Part shown: piece after piece, positions 1-12,773 of the stretch | How positions within the stretch are numbered: the stretch's first letter is position 1 | Layout of the letters: each line of letters begins with the position of its first letter | Assembly (NCBI GenBank): GCA_964019335.1 | Contig: OZ025712.1 | Coordinates: 310,001 to 374,000, forward strand | DNA length: 64,000 bases | From: Diplonema japonicum | Taxonomy: Eukaryota; Protista; Euglenozoa: Diplonemea | Reading direction: 5' to 3' | Translations under genes and position numbers: made by a program | Notes under the pieces: model-generated | Database searches by the model: none | What the model saw: the letters and a program-made list of their open reading frames with translations, nothing else | Told to the model about the DNA's origin: nothing

Positions 1-764
1 TTTTCCTCGCGCTTTTTTTTTTTTCTTTTTTTGAATTCTCCTTGTATTTTCCGCTCTTTAGCACCATTTACGACGGGAGTTTTTTTTTTCTTTTTTTTTT
101 TTTTTTTTTTTCCCATTTACAGGAGGGAAACAATTGTATGGTTTGCAACCCAATCAAGTAAAAGAAAGGGAAAAAAAAACTACAAAAAAAAAAATACACC
201 CATCAGAACAAGGAAGCGACCGTACGAAACTTTTGGGGAAGAAAAAAAAAAACAATGAAACATAAAAAAACCACCCCAAGAAGTGATAAATAAAAAAAAA
301 GAGGGGGCAAATAAAAAGACAACAGCAGGAGGACGGAGGGGAAAACAAGAACAAGGATCTTTTTTTTTTCTTTTTTTTTTTGCATTTTTATTCTGACAGC
401 GTAGATTATAGAAAGGGAAGTAGTGGGGAGAAGAGAGAGAGAGGGGGGGGGGGGGGGGGGTGAAAGGGGTAAAGGATTACATTTTTCTTTTCTTTCCTTT
501 CATGTATTTTTCTTGCATATCCCGCACGGGTAAAAGGGGAGGTTTTCTTTTTTTTTTCCTCCTCCCCCTCCTCCCTCGACATCAAGTTTCATAAAGGTAA
601 AAAAAAAAAAGTTTTTTTTTCATCGAGTTTTTTTTTTGGTTTTTTTTTTTGTTTAGAGAGGTTTATCAAAAACCCCTCCGGAAAGAAGCGACAAGATTTT
701 TTTTTTTTTTTTAGAAGTAACACGTTAGTAAAAAGAAAGAGAAAAAAAAAGTTGTATAGTTCTG

Positions 765-803
<39 letters not shown>

Positions 804-810
804 CGTAGTC

Positions 811-1323
811 CTACTTAGCAGATCCCTCGAATTTCAAAGAGATGAGCGTTTCACCCTTGCCGTCCTTGATGATGGCGGTACCCTTGAAGGAAACCTTGCT
901 GGGAACGGGAGACGGGGTGGGAAGCTCGATGACTGTCGAGTTATCGTAGCTGCCAGCACCGATAAGCGGGCAGGGGGGCATGGGCTGGTCAATGTGCTTC
1001 TTCACAACAGGGACGGTGAAGGTACAGTTACCACCACACAAGGGACAGTTCACCTTGAAATCGATAAGGCCGTCCAGCTTAACATTCATGTCAACGGTGC
1101 TGCCTGTGTCGATTGCCACAGGAAGTACGACCTTCGCAGTTCCAGTGTAGTTTGACCCCCAGTTGAGGGTACAGTCATTCGACCCATACATGTCCATCCC
1201 GGTGCACCCGCTGCTTAGAATAACCGTCCCTGATGCGCCAGGGAGGATGCTTTCAACAGTTCTAGAGATCTCGATTTGGGCCGCGGCACCCGCTACCAAT
1301 GCAAGAATCATCATAGTCTTCAT
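811..1323 (-). CDS. Secreted ML-domain (MD-2/NPC2/GM2A-like) lipid-binding protein
   Basis: 170 aa ORF with signal peptide (MKTMMILALVAGAAA), several Cys and a beta-rich C-terminus (KVSFKGTAIIKDGKGETLISLKFE). Confidence 0.6.
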   Translation of the reverse strand: MKTMMILALVAGAAAQIEISRTVESILPGASGTVILSSGCTGMDMYGSNDCTLNWGSNYTGTAKVVLPVAIDTGSTVDMNVKLDGLIDFKVNCPLCGGNCTFTVPVVKKHIDQPMPPCPLIGAGSYDNSTVIELPTPSPVPSKVSFKGTAIIKDGKGETLISLKFEGSAK

Positions 1324-1879
1324 TTTTGTTTTGCTTTTTTCTTCCTTTTTTTTGAAGCAGTTGGACGGCTGGGGGGATTAAAGCACGTTCTGGAAAGAAA
1401 AAAAAAAAGAGAAAATGTTTGGGAAGAGGGGGGACCTTTTTTTTTTTCCTCTTGTGGACGGGAAAGTAAAAAAAAGGGGGGGTTGGGGGTTGGGGGGGGG
1501 GGAAATGTGCTGAACTAATTTGTTGTGGGGGATTTAAAAAAAGGGGGGGGGGGAGAGGGGTAAGGAACAAAAGAAAAAAAAAAACACCCTAATCCACCAA
1601 AGGGTGGAATAAATAAATAGGGTAATTTGTCACGAGTAGGAGGAGCAAGCCCCAGCTTATGTGGCAAACTGGAAAAAGAAAAAAAGAAGAAGAACAACAA
1701 CAAAAAAAAAGAAAAACACTTACGTCATTTTTTAAACCGTCTTTGGAAAAAAAAAAAAAAAAAAAAAATTGGTTAGAAATGGATTTGGAATCTTCTCTCC
1801 AGAGACGATAGCAAAAAAAAAGGGGGGGGGGAGAAGGGGTTTATGCAAACTGCCACAACAGATTTTTTTTTTTTTTTTT

Positions 1880-2647
1880 TTAGTACTGAAGAGGATCAAA
1901 CGCACCACCACCACCGATGCTATAATAATCAACAGGAAAATCAACCTCTTGACAAACAGGCGGCAACGAAACGACACCAGCAAAAGGAGAAGGGGAATCT
2001 TGAAAAGACCCTCCACAAACTACTGGGACGATGCAAGCATCCAAACGCTCCCTCTGTCTCTTCTTGCTCTTATTCTTCTTTTTGTTCTCGCAAGGGGGAT
2101 AGTACTTGTCCTTCATCGCTAACTGCACTGTCGATGCATAGACCTTGACTCCGGAGCCCGTCTCAGAAACCTCTACTGTGTCTATTAATGGGTCGCTGCA
2201 ACTGAACAGGTAAGACATGCTTTCAGGTACTGAAAACATGATGCTGTGGCAACAGCTCCCCAAGGGTCCCTTGACCACGTGATGCCGGCCTACAGGACCC
2301 AAACCTGAGCGCTCAACATAAAGCTTCACAGCGTTTTTTATCACTTCGCTAGGGAGCGGTTCGGTAGATGTCGAATGCAGATCTATTTTTGCACACTCGC
2401 CCTTTTCTCTGGTGTTTCCTCTGAGGATCACGCCTTGCTTCGCCTGTAGCTTGTCCCCCACCTCTTCACCGAGGCTATTCAAAGCTTCATTCACGCTCTC
2501 CCCTTCTTTGAGGCATAAGAAAATGTCCTTTTTCCCCGGAAAGTCCTTGGAGATCTGGTGAACTTGATGCGTTTTTCTCCCAGTCCATTGCGAGGGTACA
2601 TCCGCATCGCAGCCTCTGAGCCAGACACCGTTCTTCTTGCTTGGCAT
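1880..2647 (-). CDS. Hypothetical protein
   Basis: 255 aa ORF in homopolymer-free sequence, on the same strand as all neighbours. Confidence 0.65.
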   Translation of the reverse strand: MPSKKNGVWLRGCDADVPSQWTGRKTHQVHQISKDFPGKKDIFLCLKEGESVNEALNSLGEEVGDKLQAKQGVILRGNTREKGECAKIDLHSTSTEPLPSEVIKNAVKLYVERSGLGPVGRHHVVKGPLGSCCHSIMFSVPESMSYLFSCSDPLIDTVEVSETGSGVKVYASTVQLAMKDKYYPPCENKKKNKSKKRQRERLDACIVPVVCGGSFQDSPSPFAGVVSLPPVCQEVDFPVDYYSIGGGGAFDPLQY

Positions 2648-2713
2648 AGTGAGAGGGGTCTGTTGTGATGATGATGGATAAAAAAAAAAAAAAAAAAAAA
2701 AAAAAAGTTAAAA

Positions 2714-3949
2714 CTAGGTCATAATTCGCTCCCCGAACAGTGTTTTATGCACGTCGTGGGTGTTTTTTTTGCGGGTGTCCTTTCCGCGGATCACAACCCC
2801 TTCTGCCCCCTGTTGGTCGCCGTTCAACAGGTAGCATTTCCTGAACACAGGTAAAAGCGAGTCTGTTTCCGGAATGTTCTTACCCTTCATCTCCTCACGG
2901 TGTGCCTCCATCTCATCAACCCGTCCGGAAGCGGCGAGAACGGCTGCGAACCTGTAATTAATCCCTGGGAGGTCTCCAAAACCGTGTATAACCGAACGGA
3001 GAAACACCCCCTTTGCCATTGTAAGAACCTCCTGTGGGTCACGTGTGGCGGGTGTTTGACTCAACTCGTTAAAACACAATGAGAGGAGGGTCTTGTAAGT
3101 CAAGCTGGAAACCAGTCCCAAGGATGAAATGTGCTCCGATATCTGCAGCGCTCCGGGGTAATCCGAAGCTCTGACAAAAACCAAAAGTATTTCATGCCAG
3201 CATTTTTTGTCGATTGGGATGGATCTGGTGTGCATTTCCGCGGTCAGCTGCCGGGCTTCAGATGTTTGGTTGCAGCAGCTCAACAAAGCTGCAAAGCAAC
3301 CTGTATCAGGAACGATCTTGTGGACCTCTTCGGCCCATTTTAGAATAGAGACGGATCTGGTGAGGTTTTTGGTGTGGAGCATTTCCTTGAGACAGTACGA
3401 ATTCAACTTGAGCTTCTCGATTTTTAAAAAAGATTTTGCTTTTTTGAAAGCATCGTCGTGTCGGCCGGCCTTATTATACGCGGAGACCACCGAGCAAAAC
3501 ACAAAACTTGTCAGACTATTCTCCCTTTGCCGACAGAAACCATGTCTCCTCATAAGCTTCCAAGCAGCTTCGGTCCTCTCAACATTTCCTTGTTTCGACG
3601 CTGCTGTCATTAACCATTTAAATGTTTGTTTATCGGGCGGGACATTTGCGTTCTTCATAAACCCATAAACATCCCATGCTGCGTCATCCAACCCGCTTAG
3701 AGCGCACAGCATAATGCCCACTGTGAACGTACGAGTGCCTACTTCGCCGTCTTTACGCAGATCCTCTATTACAATTCGTATCTTATTCCCCAGCCCTTTT
3801 AGTTTTGTGTTCACCTCTAATGTCCAGTCCGGGTCCGTCCCCACGGGTATTATTTTTTTTAAAGCCTCGCTGGTTTCCTTGTCGCTCCTCCCGTGCCGTC
3901 TCGCCGCGTGTTGCACTGTTCGATACAAACATCTTGTGGGGGTTAACAT
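2714..3949 (-). CDS. Pentatricopeptide repeat (PPR) protein, probably mitochondrial
   Basis: PPR-like ~35 aa repeats (PDKQTFKWLMTAASKQG, VFCSVVSAYNKAG, PDTGCFAALLSCC). True start taken as MLTPTRCLY (transit-peptide-like); the upstream ORF extension is homopolymer UTR. Confidence 0.8.
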   Translation of the reverse strand: MLTPTRCLYRTVQHAARRHGRSDKETSEALKKIIPVGTDPDWTLEVNTKLKGLGNKIRIVIEDLRKDGEVGTRTFTVGIMLCALSGLDDAAWDVYGFMKNANVPPDKQTFKWLMTAASKQGNVERTEAAWKLMRRHGFCRQRENSLTSFVFCSVVSAYNKAGRHDDAFKKAKSFLKIEKLKLNSYCLKEMLHTKNLTRSVSILKWAEEVHKIVPDTGCFAALLSCCNQTSEARQLTAEMHTRSIPIDKKCWHEILLVFVRASDYPGALQISEHISSLGLVSSLTYKTLLSLCFNELSQTPATRDPQEVLTMAKGVFLRSVIHGFGDLPGINYRFAAVLAASGRVDEMEAHREEMKGKNIPETDSLLPVFRKCYLLNGDQQGAEGVVIRGKDTRKKNTHDVHKTLFGERIMT

Positions 3950-4531
3950 CTCATTTTTTTTTTTGTTTTTTTTTTTTTGTTTTGTCTTTTTGAAGGATTG
4001 TTGTAGAGGTTTTTTTTTTTTTTTTTGACTTTCAGACATGACAAAAAGTCGCGCCTGGCCAGTATGACTAGGCGGTAAGCTAGCGAGAGAAGCGGGGAAA
4101 AGAAAAAAATATATATATGAGTTAAAGGAGGCCGGTGTTGGCGGCGCCCTGCTGAAGAAAAAAAGATTTAGAAGAGGGGGGGAAAAAGGAGAGTGGGGAA
4201 GGGTTTTTTTTTTGTGTTTTTTTTTTTTTTTTTTTTTTAAATATTTTCTTCTCATGGCGGGCAAGAACAAAAAAAAAATAGAATTACAGCGAGCATTTTA
4301 AAAAATAAAGAAAGAAAGGATTGGGAAAGGGGGGAAAAAAAAAGAAAAACGGGAAAGCCCCACACTATTTTTTTTTTCTCTCTTTTTTTTTTTTTTTTTT
4401 TTTTAAATTCTAAAATAAAAAAGAAATCCCTTTTCTCCCCCAAGTCACCTCCCCCATATAGTACCGTTTTAATAATATTAAGAAATCATTTTAAAAGAAA
4501 AAAACTTGATATCAAGTTGTGTAGACCCCAT

Positions 4532-4569
<38 letters not shown>

Positions 4570-4574
<5 letters not shown>

Positions 4575-5982
4575 CCAGCGGAAGCGAGTTCCTGACCTTG
4601 CTGTAGTTCCTGAAGAAGGATTCCAACAAATTGTTCATATACAGGATGTCCAGAGTCCCGCACTGCTCCCTCACACTGTGCATCGAGAGCATGGGGTTTC
4701 CGATGTCGATAGTGGTGATCCCTGTCAATGTTGCAGTGATAGGACCGATTGTCGACCCACAAGGAGAATCATTCTTCACACAAATCTCCTGCACGGGTGT
4801 CGATGCCAATGAGGCCAACGCCTTAACAATACTGGATCCGATAGAATTCGTCGCGTACCTCTGGTTGCTGTTGTACTTAATAGCTGGCCCAGCATGCATT
4901 GTGGGGCGATGGTTCATTTGGTGACGATCGGTATAATTGGGGTGAACACCATGAACACCGTCGACAGAAATCACAAACGATGACCTAATCGATTGCTCAT
5001 AAGAATCGGGATCGGCCCCGTCAAACACGCTTACAAGGCGCCTTACAACATCAGTAGTGAAGCTTCCTGCAGCACCGACTGCAGAGGCAGATCCCACCTC
5101 TTCATGGTCAAAAACCGCAATCATCGAAACCATATCATCAGCCTTGACCTCATTGTCGGTCAATGAAGTCAGTGCCTTGATGACACTGTAACAGGAAATC
5201 TGATTGTCGATCCTCGCTGAGAAGATAAATTCGTCATACAGACCGCCAAGACACCCTTTGTGGGTGTCGTACAGATAAATTTCAAAATCTGTGAGTTTCT
5301 CAGCAGGGCAGCCTGCTTCTGCTGCAATGGCGGCTAGAAGGTCGGAGTGGTGCTTTGGTTTGTCACTGGTTTCGTTTCCATTAACGAGATTTGAAATTGC
5401 CTCGGAGCACAGCATTGGTAAGAGGTGGGTTTCCTTGTTGAAGTTGAAACCTTTTGTCCGTTCGTCTGCGGTTGTCAGATGGATGGCAAGATTCGGAATT
5501 CGCATGATCGGTTTGTCAATCTTCACCAGTTTCGTCTGTAAGTCCCCCGCATCGTTTGTAAACACCACCCGCCCTGCAATGGACACATCTCTGTCAAACC
5601 ACGTGTGCCACAGACCGCCGCCGTATGTTTGAACACCTACTTGTTTGTATCCTGATGATTTTTCAGCGGTTTTGGGTTTTAATACGAAGCAGGGGGAGTC
5701 GGTGTGCGCGCCCAGGATTTTCAGCCCGTTGCCCTTCTTGTAGCCTCCTCCCACGGTGAAGGCGATCAGGCTGGATTGGTTGCGGGTCACGAAGTACTTT
5801 CCGGCGGCTTTGACCTTTCCCTTCCAGCTGTCGTTTTCCATTAGCTGTGTAAAGCCCTTACCGAGAAGCTCCGTTTTGCACGTTTCAACCGCGTGGAACG
5901 GCGACGGCGAACTGTTCAAAAAATTGACACATTCCTGCGCTACCTTGGTGCTTGCCGCACGGATCTCTTGGGTGATGGCCAT
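4570..5982 (-). CDS. DNPEP: Aspartyl aminopeptidase (peptidase M18)
   Basis: Motifs SPSPFHAV, GAHTDSP, YGGGLWHTWFDRD, DHEEVGS, HGVHPNY, SPCGSTIGP, LSMHSVRE. Confidence 0.95.
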
Positions 5983-6724
5983 TTTCTTTTTCTTCTTTTT
6001 TTTTTGTTACCCCCCTTTTTTTTTATTACGGTGAATTGTGAACTGGAAAAATTTCCGGAATTAGAAGAAAAAAAAAAGATGAAGGAAAGGGGGGAAAAAA
6101 AAGAAAAAAACGCAAGGAGTAATTTCTTTTTTTTTTTTAACTATGCGTGCAGCATATGCCCCCTCGCGCAGGAATGTCTGAAAAAAAATCCTAATAAGAA
6201 AAAAAAAAATAATTATTAAAAAAAAAATTGAAGCTTTGCCAAATGCGATAATGGTAGGGGGGCGGAGGGGAAAAAATACAAAAACGAGGCCTAGAAAAAA
6301 AAAGGGGAGGGGGATTGAAATCTCTTACTTGGAAGACTCCATGACAGAAAGGGAGATATGAGTGTGTGACTAAGCATTTTTTTCTTCTGTTTATTTTCTT
6401 TCCTTTTGTACTTTTTTAATTAAACTGGGGGGGGGTCAAATGCCATAAACACCATTCTCAAGTGATGGGAGCTTTCTGCGCTCTTAGACAACACTTCATT
6501 TTACAAAGGTGTCTTTCTTGCCCCGGGGGGGGGGGGGGGGGGGGGGACTGTCTTCGGCATTTTTTTTTGGATACCGGAAAGGAAAAAGCAACAAAAAGAA
6601 GAGAGGAAAAAAAAAAGAAGAAAAAAAAAAAAACAGTACAGTTTTAAAAGAAGCATTACAAAAAAAAAAAAAAAAACTCCCTTTTTTTCAAAAAGGGGGA
6701 AAGGTGAAATTTTTTTATTCCCAA

Positions 6725-9700
6725 TCAACTGGCAAAAGCTTCCCCCTTAAAGAGCCTATCAGTAATGGCCGCTTCTTCAGCTTTGCTTAACGGCTTCGAT
6801 TCATGGCCGGGCTTAAGGTATTTATGCAAAAGCGCTTCCCTCTTATTTCGCGTGACCTCTATCCTGGCGTAGTACAAGTCCTTGTTCACTCTTGCATGTT
6901 CTTCCTTAGAAAGTCTCTTTGCCACGCTGGGAGTACCGCTTTGTCTGGCTATCAATTTGTCCATTGTTGCCTCCTTGCGTTGCACCGCTTGCTTGTGAAG
7001 ACGGTCGACGCTGGCCTCCATCCGTGCTGAGTCCATCTTCTCTCCCGCGACCTTAGCCTCGAGGAACCTCTTGCTTAGAAGGGATTGTTTCCGCTTCGTG
7101 ATCTCGATCTGCTGGGTGTACATGCGCTCCACAGCCTTCTCGAGCTCCTCTTTCGACAGTTTTTTCGTTTTTGCAACGGTGCACAGTTTCCCCCTCAGTG
7201 TCTCAAGTCTCTTGTTCCGTACCTCTGCACTGTGCGTGTGCAATCTTTCGGACATTCTTTGGATCTATTACGGTTTTTTTTTTTTTTTTTTTTTCCCCAA
7301 AAATATACCTCATCGGTCGTCAGCTTCTTCTCAGACCTTGCTGAGCATATTGGTGCCACGGGATCGAACGCAGCTTCGAGCCTCCATGGCTCAGACCGTG
7401 CATACCGCATAGGCAGTTGGACAGACAACGGACGGCCGACAACCTTTTTTTTTTTTTTTTTTTTTTTTTCTTTGCATTTTTTATACCACAGCTGAAGGGT
7501 CTGGTGTGACGGACATCGGGTCGTGGAGGGAGCTCTTCCCGTCTGCGCATCTCTGCGCGTGGGGGAACCCTCCTGCGAAGTCCAATATAACGACATCGTT
7601 GGCAGGGTGGTACTGGTTCGCAGCGTAGTTAGAGTGGTCGCTCTCACCCGCACCGCCGAACACGAACCCACGGCACTTCATGTCGTCCTCTGTGTCGGGG
7701 TCGATGTCGGAAGGGAAAATGTTAAGAGACACGTGTTGCCTTCCCAACAGCCCTGCAGGGACTGTCATCTCAAGGCGGCGCCACATCAAAGTATCCAGGT
7801 TCATGACATGGCACTGTGAGGAGTACTCGAGAAGACCTGTGCTCCCGCCGAACAGAATCATCTTGTTCTCGAAGACTTGTGCGGCGTGCCCCGACCGTGC
7901 TCCGGGCCGTTCGCCCATTGCCTCTTTCTTGTTCCATGTGCCGGCTGCGAATGTGTAGGACCACAGGTCATCCACCTGATCACCATCGGAGTTCTTCCCC
8001 CCGTGCACCCACATGGCATCGTTCCACACCACTGCTGTGTGGTTGATCACACCGTGAGGTCTGGGGCCTGAACCTTGTTTTCGTATCGGGACCCATTTCA
8101 TTTTTTTAAGGTGCAGCGTGTCGAGGGCGTAGGATACCCCGCCCTCCCTGTGCCCGCCGAAGATCCACAGCCTTCGTTCGTAGAGCACCGCCGTGTGGTT
8201 CTTGACCGCTGTGAGGTCTCGCTTGGGCATCTTGCTAGGGTGGAACAGAGCAGGGTCGTGAAGAACCTCCTTCGGAACCCTTGTCCACCTCTTGCTCTCT
8301 AAGTCCAACGACAATATGTCTGTGCAGTACCCCGTGGGGCCCGTCAGTTTGTTCAACGACAGGGGTGAGATGTCGCCCCTTGGCGACGAGGCACGCGAGG
8401 AGCCATGCCCATGCCCATGGTGGTCTTGCGCATTAAAGTTCGGGCCGAACCCCCCCAGCACGATCATGGTGCATGCGGGGTTCTCGTCTGGGTCGGACCA
8501 TGGGAGCCGTCCGTGCCACAAGGTGCATGTGTGCCCGTACCGTCCTGCCAGGGGACGCACACCAGTTGTGCTGAGCTTCTTCCACACAGCAGTGTTTATG
8601 TTGAACGCGTAGACAGAAGGGTCCAGCTCGCTGTTCCTACCGGACCTGCCACCGAAGAAGTACGCGTTGACGCCAAGCTGGACAGACGCGTGGCGCTCGC
8701 GTTTGGAAGGAGCAGGGTTGCCACGGGACTTCAAGATATGAACGGAGTTGGCAGAGGACGTTGAGTTTTCTGCTCGGCGCATCAACGCAGCGGAGTGGTT
8801 GGTCCTGCGAGCACTGGGGGCGGAGGCGGGGCGTTTCGGCACGATCTCACGGGAGGTAGATCGGGAGGTGGCGCGGACCTTCTCTTCGGCACGAATCGCA
8901 CGCTCCCTTTCGCCCTCCAACAATTGTTCCAACTGCTTTATGCGTGACTCCATGGCAGCGGTGCCTGTTGCAGGGAGTGGCGAGACGTCTTGAGAAGCCC
9001 TTCCACTGCTTTTCCGTTGTGCGGGGCTTGGGCTGCTTGAGTCGGTCCCAGTGTCATCCGCGGGCTCTCGTATCGTCACGCTGGGCCTTCGTTTTTCCTT
9101 CTCTTCTGGTTTTTCCTTCTCTTTAGCTTTTTCCCGTTCGCTTTGCATGCTGTTCATTAATTGTGTCTCTGCTGCTATTTTCTCCTCGACCACACCGTCT
9201 CTCGCAACCTCCTCAGATGTTATAAGTACGGATATCTTCGCCTTGTGTTCTTTCTCTGCTTCTTGCTGTTTTTTTCGTGTTTCTTCCTCTGCCGCCCGTC
9301 GGGAATCTTCTTCTTCTTTTTCCTTTTGCCTTCGGACGTGTTCTTCTTGCTCCTTTCGTTTTCTTTCCTCTTCATCTTGCTCTGCCTGCCGTTCTCTTCG
9401 TTCCTTCTCGCGTTGTTCCTCTTCTGCCTCGTCAGCCTCGCTGTCGTCTGGCATGGTGTAGTCATCTTTGTACTCACTGCTCACAACCGTCCCATTCAGG
9501 TCCTTTTTAGGTTCTTCTTCTTTCGGATCGTGTTCTTCTGGAGTCACCACTTCGGGTTCGGGTGTCGCCGGCTTTGATTTCTTCTTGTCTTTCTTTTTTT
9601 TCTTGTCTTTTTTGCTGGTTTTCTTCTTCTTTGTGTTCCGTGGGGTATCCACAGAGGTGCTGTGGGAGAGCTCGGACGGCGTTGCCGTTGTCTTCCCGTC

Positions 9701-10435
9701 GCCGGGGTTCGAGGGGTATGAGAAGTCGGTGTTGCCAGAAAGCCTTGAGTCTTGAGGCTGCAGCGCGTTTAATGCGTCTTCTTGCTCTTGATTCTCATTC
9801 TGCATCCTTTCAAGGTTTGACTTGAGACGTGCTATGAGCGCGTCGTCACCTTCATCATCATCATCATCATCATCGGAGTAGAGGGGGTCGTCGTCATCGG
9901 GCTTTGGGGCTGGGGGTGGTATGGATGCGTTGCTTCCGTGGGTTTTGGCGTCTTTTTTCTTGGATTTTTTTGATTTTTTGGATTTCTTGCCGGAGGAGGA
10001 AGATGTTCGCCGCCTTGTAGCGGTGCCGGGGCGTTCTAGTGTGGGTGTCGCACTGCCACTGCCGCCACTTTGGCCGCTTCGGCCGTTCATCACTAAAGCA
10101 ACTTCATTGTCGTCGTCATCATCATCCAAGCCGCCTAGGCCTGACTGTGGCCGTAGTTGTCTTGCGGAGGTAGGGCGGCCGCTGTACGTTCCCGCAGTTG
10201 AGGGTCGAGAGACAGCCCTGTCGACGTCGTCCGAGATGCCGTCCTCGTCATCTTCATACACGCCAAGTTCGTCTTTTAGCTGTTGTTCGTACTGCGCGGC
10301 TTGCTTGCTTTTCTTTTTCTTCTTGTCGGACGGGTCCTTGCCGCTCTTTTTGGGTTGTTTCGGTTCCTCTACCACCACGGGCTGTTCGAAATCGTCTTCG
10401 AACTCATCCTCGTACGACCCGTAGCCGTCACTCAT
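6725..10435 (-). CDS. Kelch-repeat protein with long charged N-terminus; 3 exons (introns 7444-7486 and 7265-7308)
   Basis: Kelch motifs (GRYGHT, NHTAVLY..LWIFGG, ARSGHAA..MILFGG). Removing two GTAT..AG A-tract introns joins ORFs 7481-10435, 7195-7671 and 6725-7255 in frame. Confidence 0.8.
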
Positions 10436-10713
10436 TTCCCTGTGGAGTGGCTTGACTTATAGATGCAAATTAAAATTTTCAGGGGGGGGGAAAGGAAACA
10501 CTTTCAAAAAAAGAACTTGCAACAAAAGTCGCCTTTTTTTTTCTTCTAAAGGGGGAGGGGGGAAATGTGCGGGTAAGAAATGGGGGACGAAGGGAGACAA
10601 AAAAAATGGGACAAAAGAAAAATGGGGAAAGAAATGAGGAGGAAAAAAAAAATCTAAAAATCTATCCCCCTTTTCAAAAAAAGAGGCTCTTCTCCCCCCC
10701 CACCCCGTCACAT

Positions 10714-12170
10714 CTAAGAGCTCTGGTCCTTCATGTCCAAAAAGCCTTCGGTCGCAGCATCGTTGTAGTCTTTAATGAGACTCTCCACAACCTGTTCGCT
10801 GTCCTTGAACTCGTCGAGGTTTTCCTTGAACGGGTCGAACTTCTTGTAGTTCGCAACGAACGCCTGGTTGGCCATCATTTTCTTGTACTGAGTAAGCGTC
10901 CTTTTGAACAAGTTCGAGATCGATGTGTGGTTCGTAAGCATAAGACCAGATACCCTGTGCGCGGTTTCAATGTAAGGCGATTTTTTCGACAGCGCAACTT
11001 GACAGCCAGCAGGGCCCCATGGGATGAAACGCAAATCTCTACTTTGCAAGCGAACAAGTGACTGGTGAACCTCTGAAGGATCGACATCCCCTTGAATAAT
11101 ACATTGAATGGACATATAAGCCCCGCCATGTGTTGTTACAGAAACCATGTTGTTCTTGGGATTCAACAAACGCGTGATAACATCTAGAACAGAAGTTTTT
11201 CGCACTCTTGAAACAGCGCCCTGACCACCCACTCTTCCAATCGGGTCGAGCGATAAAGGTGTGTATCCTGTCATTAAGAAATGCGTTCTTGGGAGAGGGA
11301 TTAAAGATGCGATTAAATCCTCCAACCCGTTGTTCATGTATCCTGGGTATCGCAGAGTAGCAGTCGAAGCGGCCATGACCGTGGCTACAAGTTTGTTGAC
11401 CTGAGTTTGACCGGGGTTGGAACCCTTGAAGGTGTCTTCGGCGATTCTGTACAGAGCGTTGTTGTCCAGGACTACCACGCAGTCCGCGCATAGAGTAAGT
11501 CTTTTCATGGTTAGGAGTGAGTTGTACGGCTGCACCACTACGTTGGCTTCGCCGCCTCTTTCGGAGTTTGCTGGGAAAACCGAATACGTCTGGACCAGTT
11601 TCTTCGGCCAGTGGTCCGACATATTTTCCAACAAAAACGATCCAAGACCCGACCCCGTCCCACCCGCAATAGAGTGCGTCATTACAAAACTATTTTTTTT
11701 TTTTTTTTTTTTTTTTAAAATACCCTTCGAAAGAGTCACTTCCTTCTACCTCTCTCGAGATCATATCATTCAGCGTTTCAGAGATTTCATGGCCGATTGA
11801 AAAACTGTAATTATTATTTATTATTATTTTTTTTTTTTTTTCTTTCATACCCATTTGCCCAGTTGTTTCCCGCCCCGGAGCCTTCGTTGTGGACGTATAT
11901 ATTTTCAGGGTTAAACAGATTTGTTTGGGGGCCTTTTTTTATATTGTCCACGACACCGGGTTCGAGATCGATTAGTAGCGCTCTAGGGACGTACTTGTGG
12001 TCGTCAGCTTGGTAGAAAAACACATCTTTGCAGTCACCCGCTGTGTCGGTCGCGAAGGGCTGCAGGGTCCCATCATCACCTATGCCATGTTCCAAACACA
12101 GTTGTTGCCAGAATGAACTTCCGACTTGGTTCCCGCACTGGCCGACCATCAGGTTGCATAGTTCTCTAGG

Positions 12171-12173
<3 letters not shown>
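10714..12173 (-). CDS. TUBG: Gamma-tubulin; 3 exons (introns 11805-11850 and 11690-11723)
   Basis: [36 protein letters not shown]. Splicing restores [34 protein letters not shown]. Confidence 0.97.
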
Positions 12174-12204
<31 letters not shown>

Positions 12205-12718
12205 CCCTCTTTTCTTTTCCCCCTCTCCTCCTCTTCCCCTTCTTTAAAAAAAAAAAGTTTTTTTTTTTAAAAAAGGGAATAATTGAAAGGGAACTTGGGG
12301 TAGAAAAAAAAAGACACAAATTTCAAAAAAAAAAAAAAAAAAAAAAAGAGGTCATATTCGTGGTGGGGGGTGGGGGGGGTGAACAGCCAATTAAAAAAAA
12401 AAAAAAAGAGACGTGGCCTTTCAATGTGGAGTGAATAAAGGTAAGAAAAAAGAAACACAATGATGAACAGAGGTAAAAAAAAAAATGAAAAAAGAAACTC
12501 CGGAAAAAAAAGGGGGGTAAAGGGGGTGGGGGAGGGGGGGGGTGCACACTATAAAGTAAAAAGTGATATAAAAAAAAGGATAAGAACTATTAAAAAAAAT
12601 GGGGGGGGGAAAGCGTCTTTTTTTTTTTGATACTCCACTCTCCACACACAAAAAAAAAATCTTTTTTTTTTAAATATTCTTTCATCATCATTTTTTTCTA
12701 ATTTTTTTTTTTTAAATT

Positions 12719-12740
12719 TTACTGCTGGGTCGTTTCCCTG

Positions 12741-12773
<33 letters not shown>

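Noticed and set aside
4534-4572. Long A-run right after the aminopeptidase stop as a retrogene tail
   Set aside because: Equally long runs occur throughout the spacers, and there is no target-site duplication.
11690-11850. Frameshifts, RNA editing or non-canonical introns in gamma-tubulin and other split genes
   Set aside because: Every break examined is explained by a canonical GT-AG intron that restores the frame.
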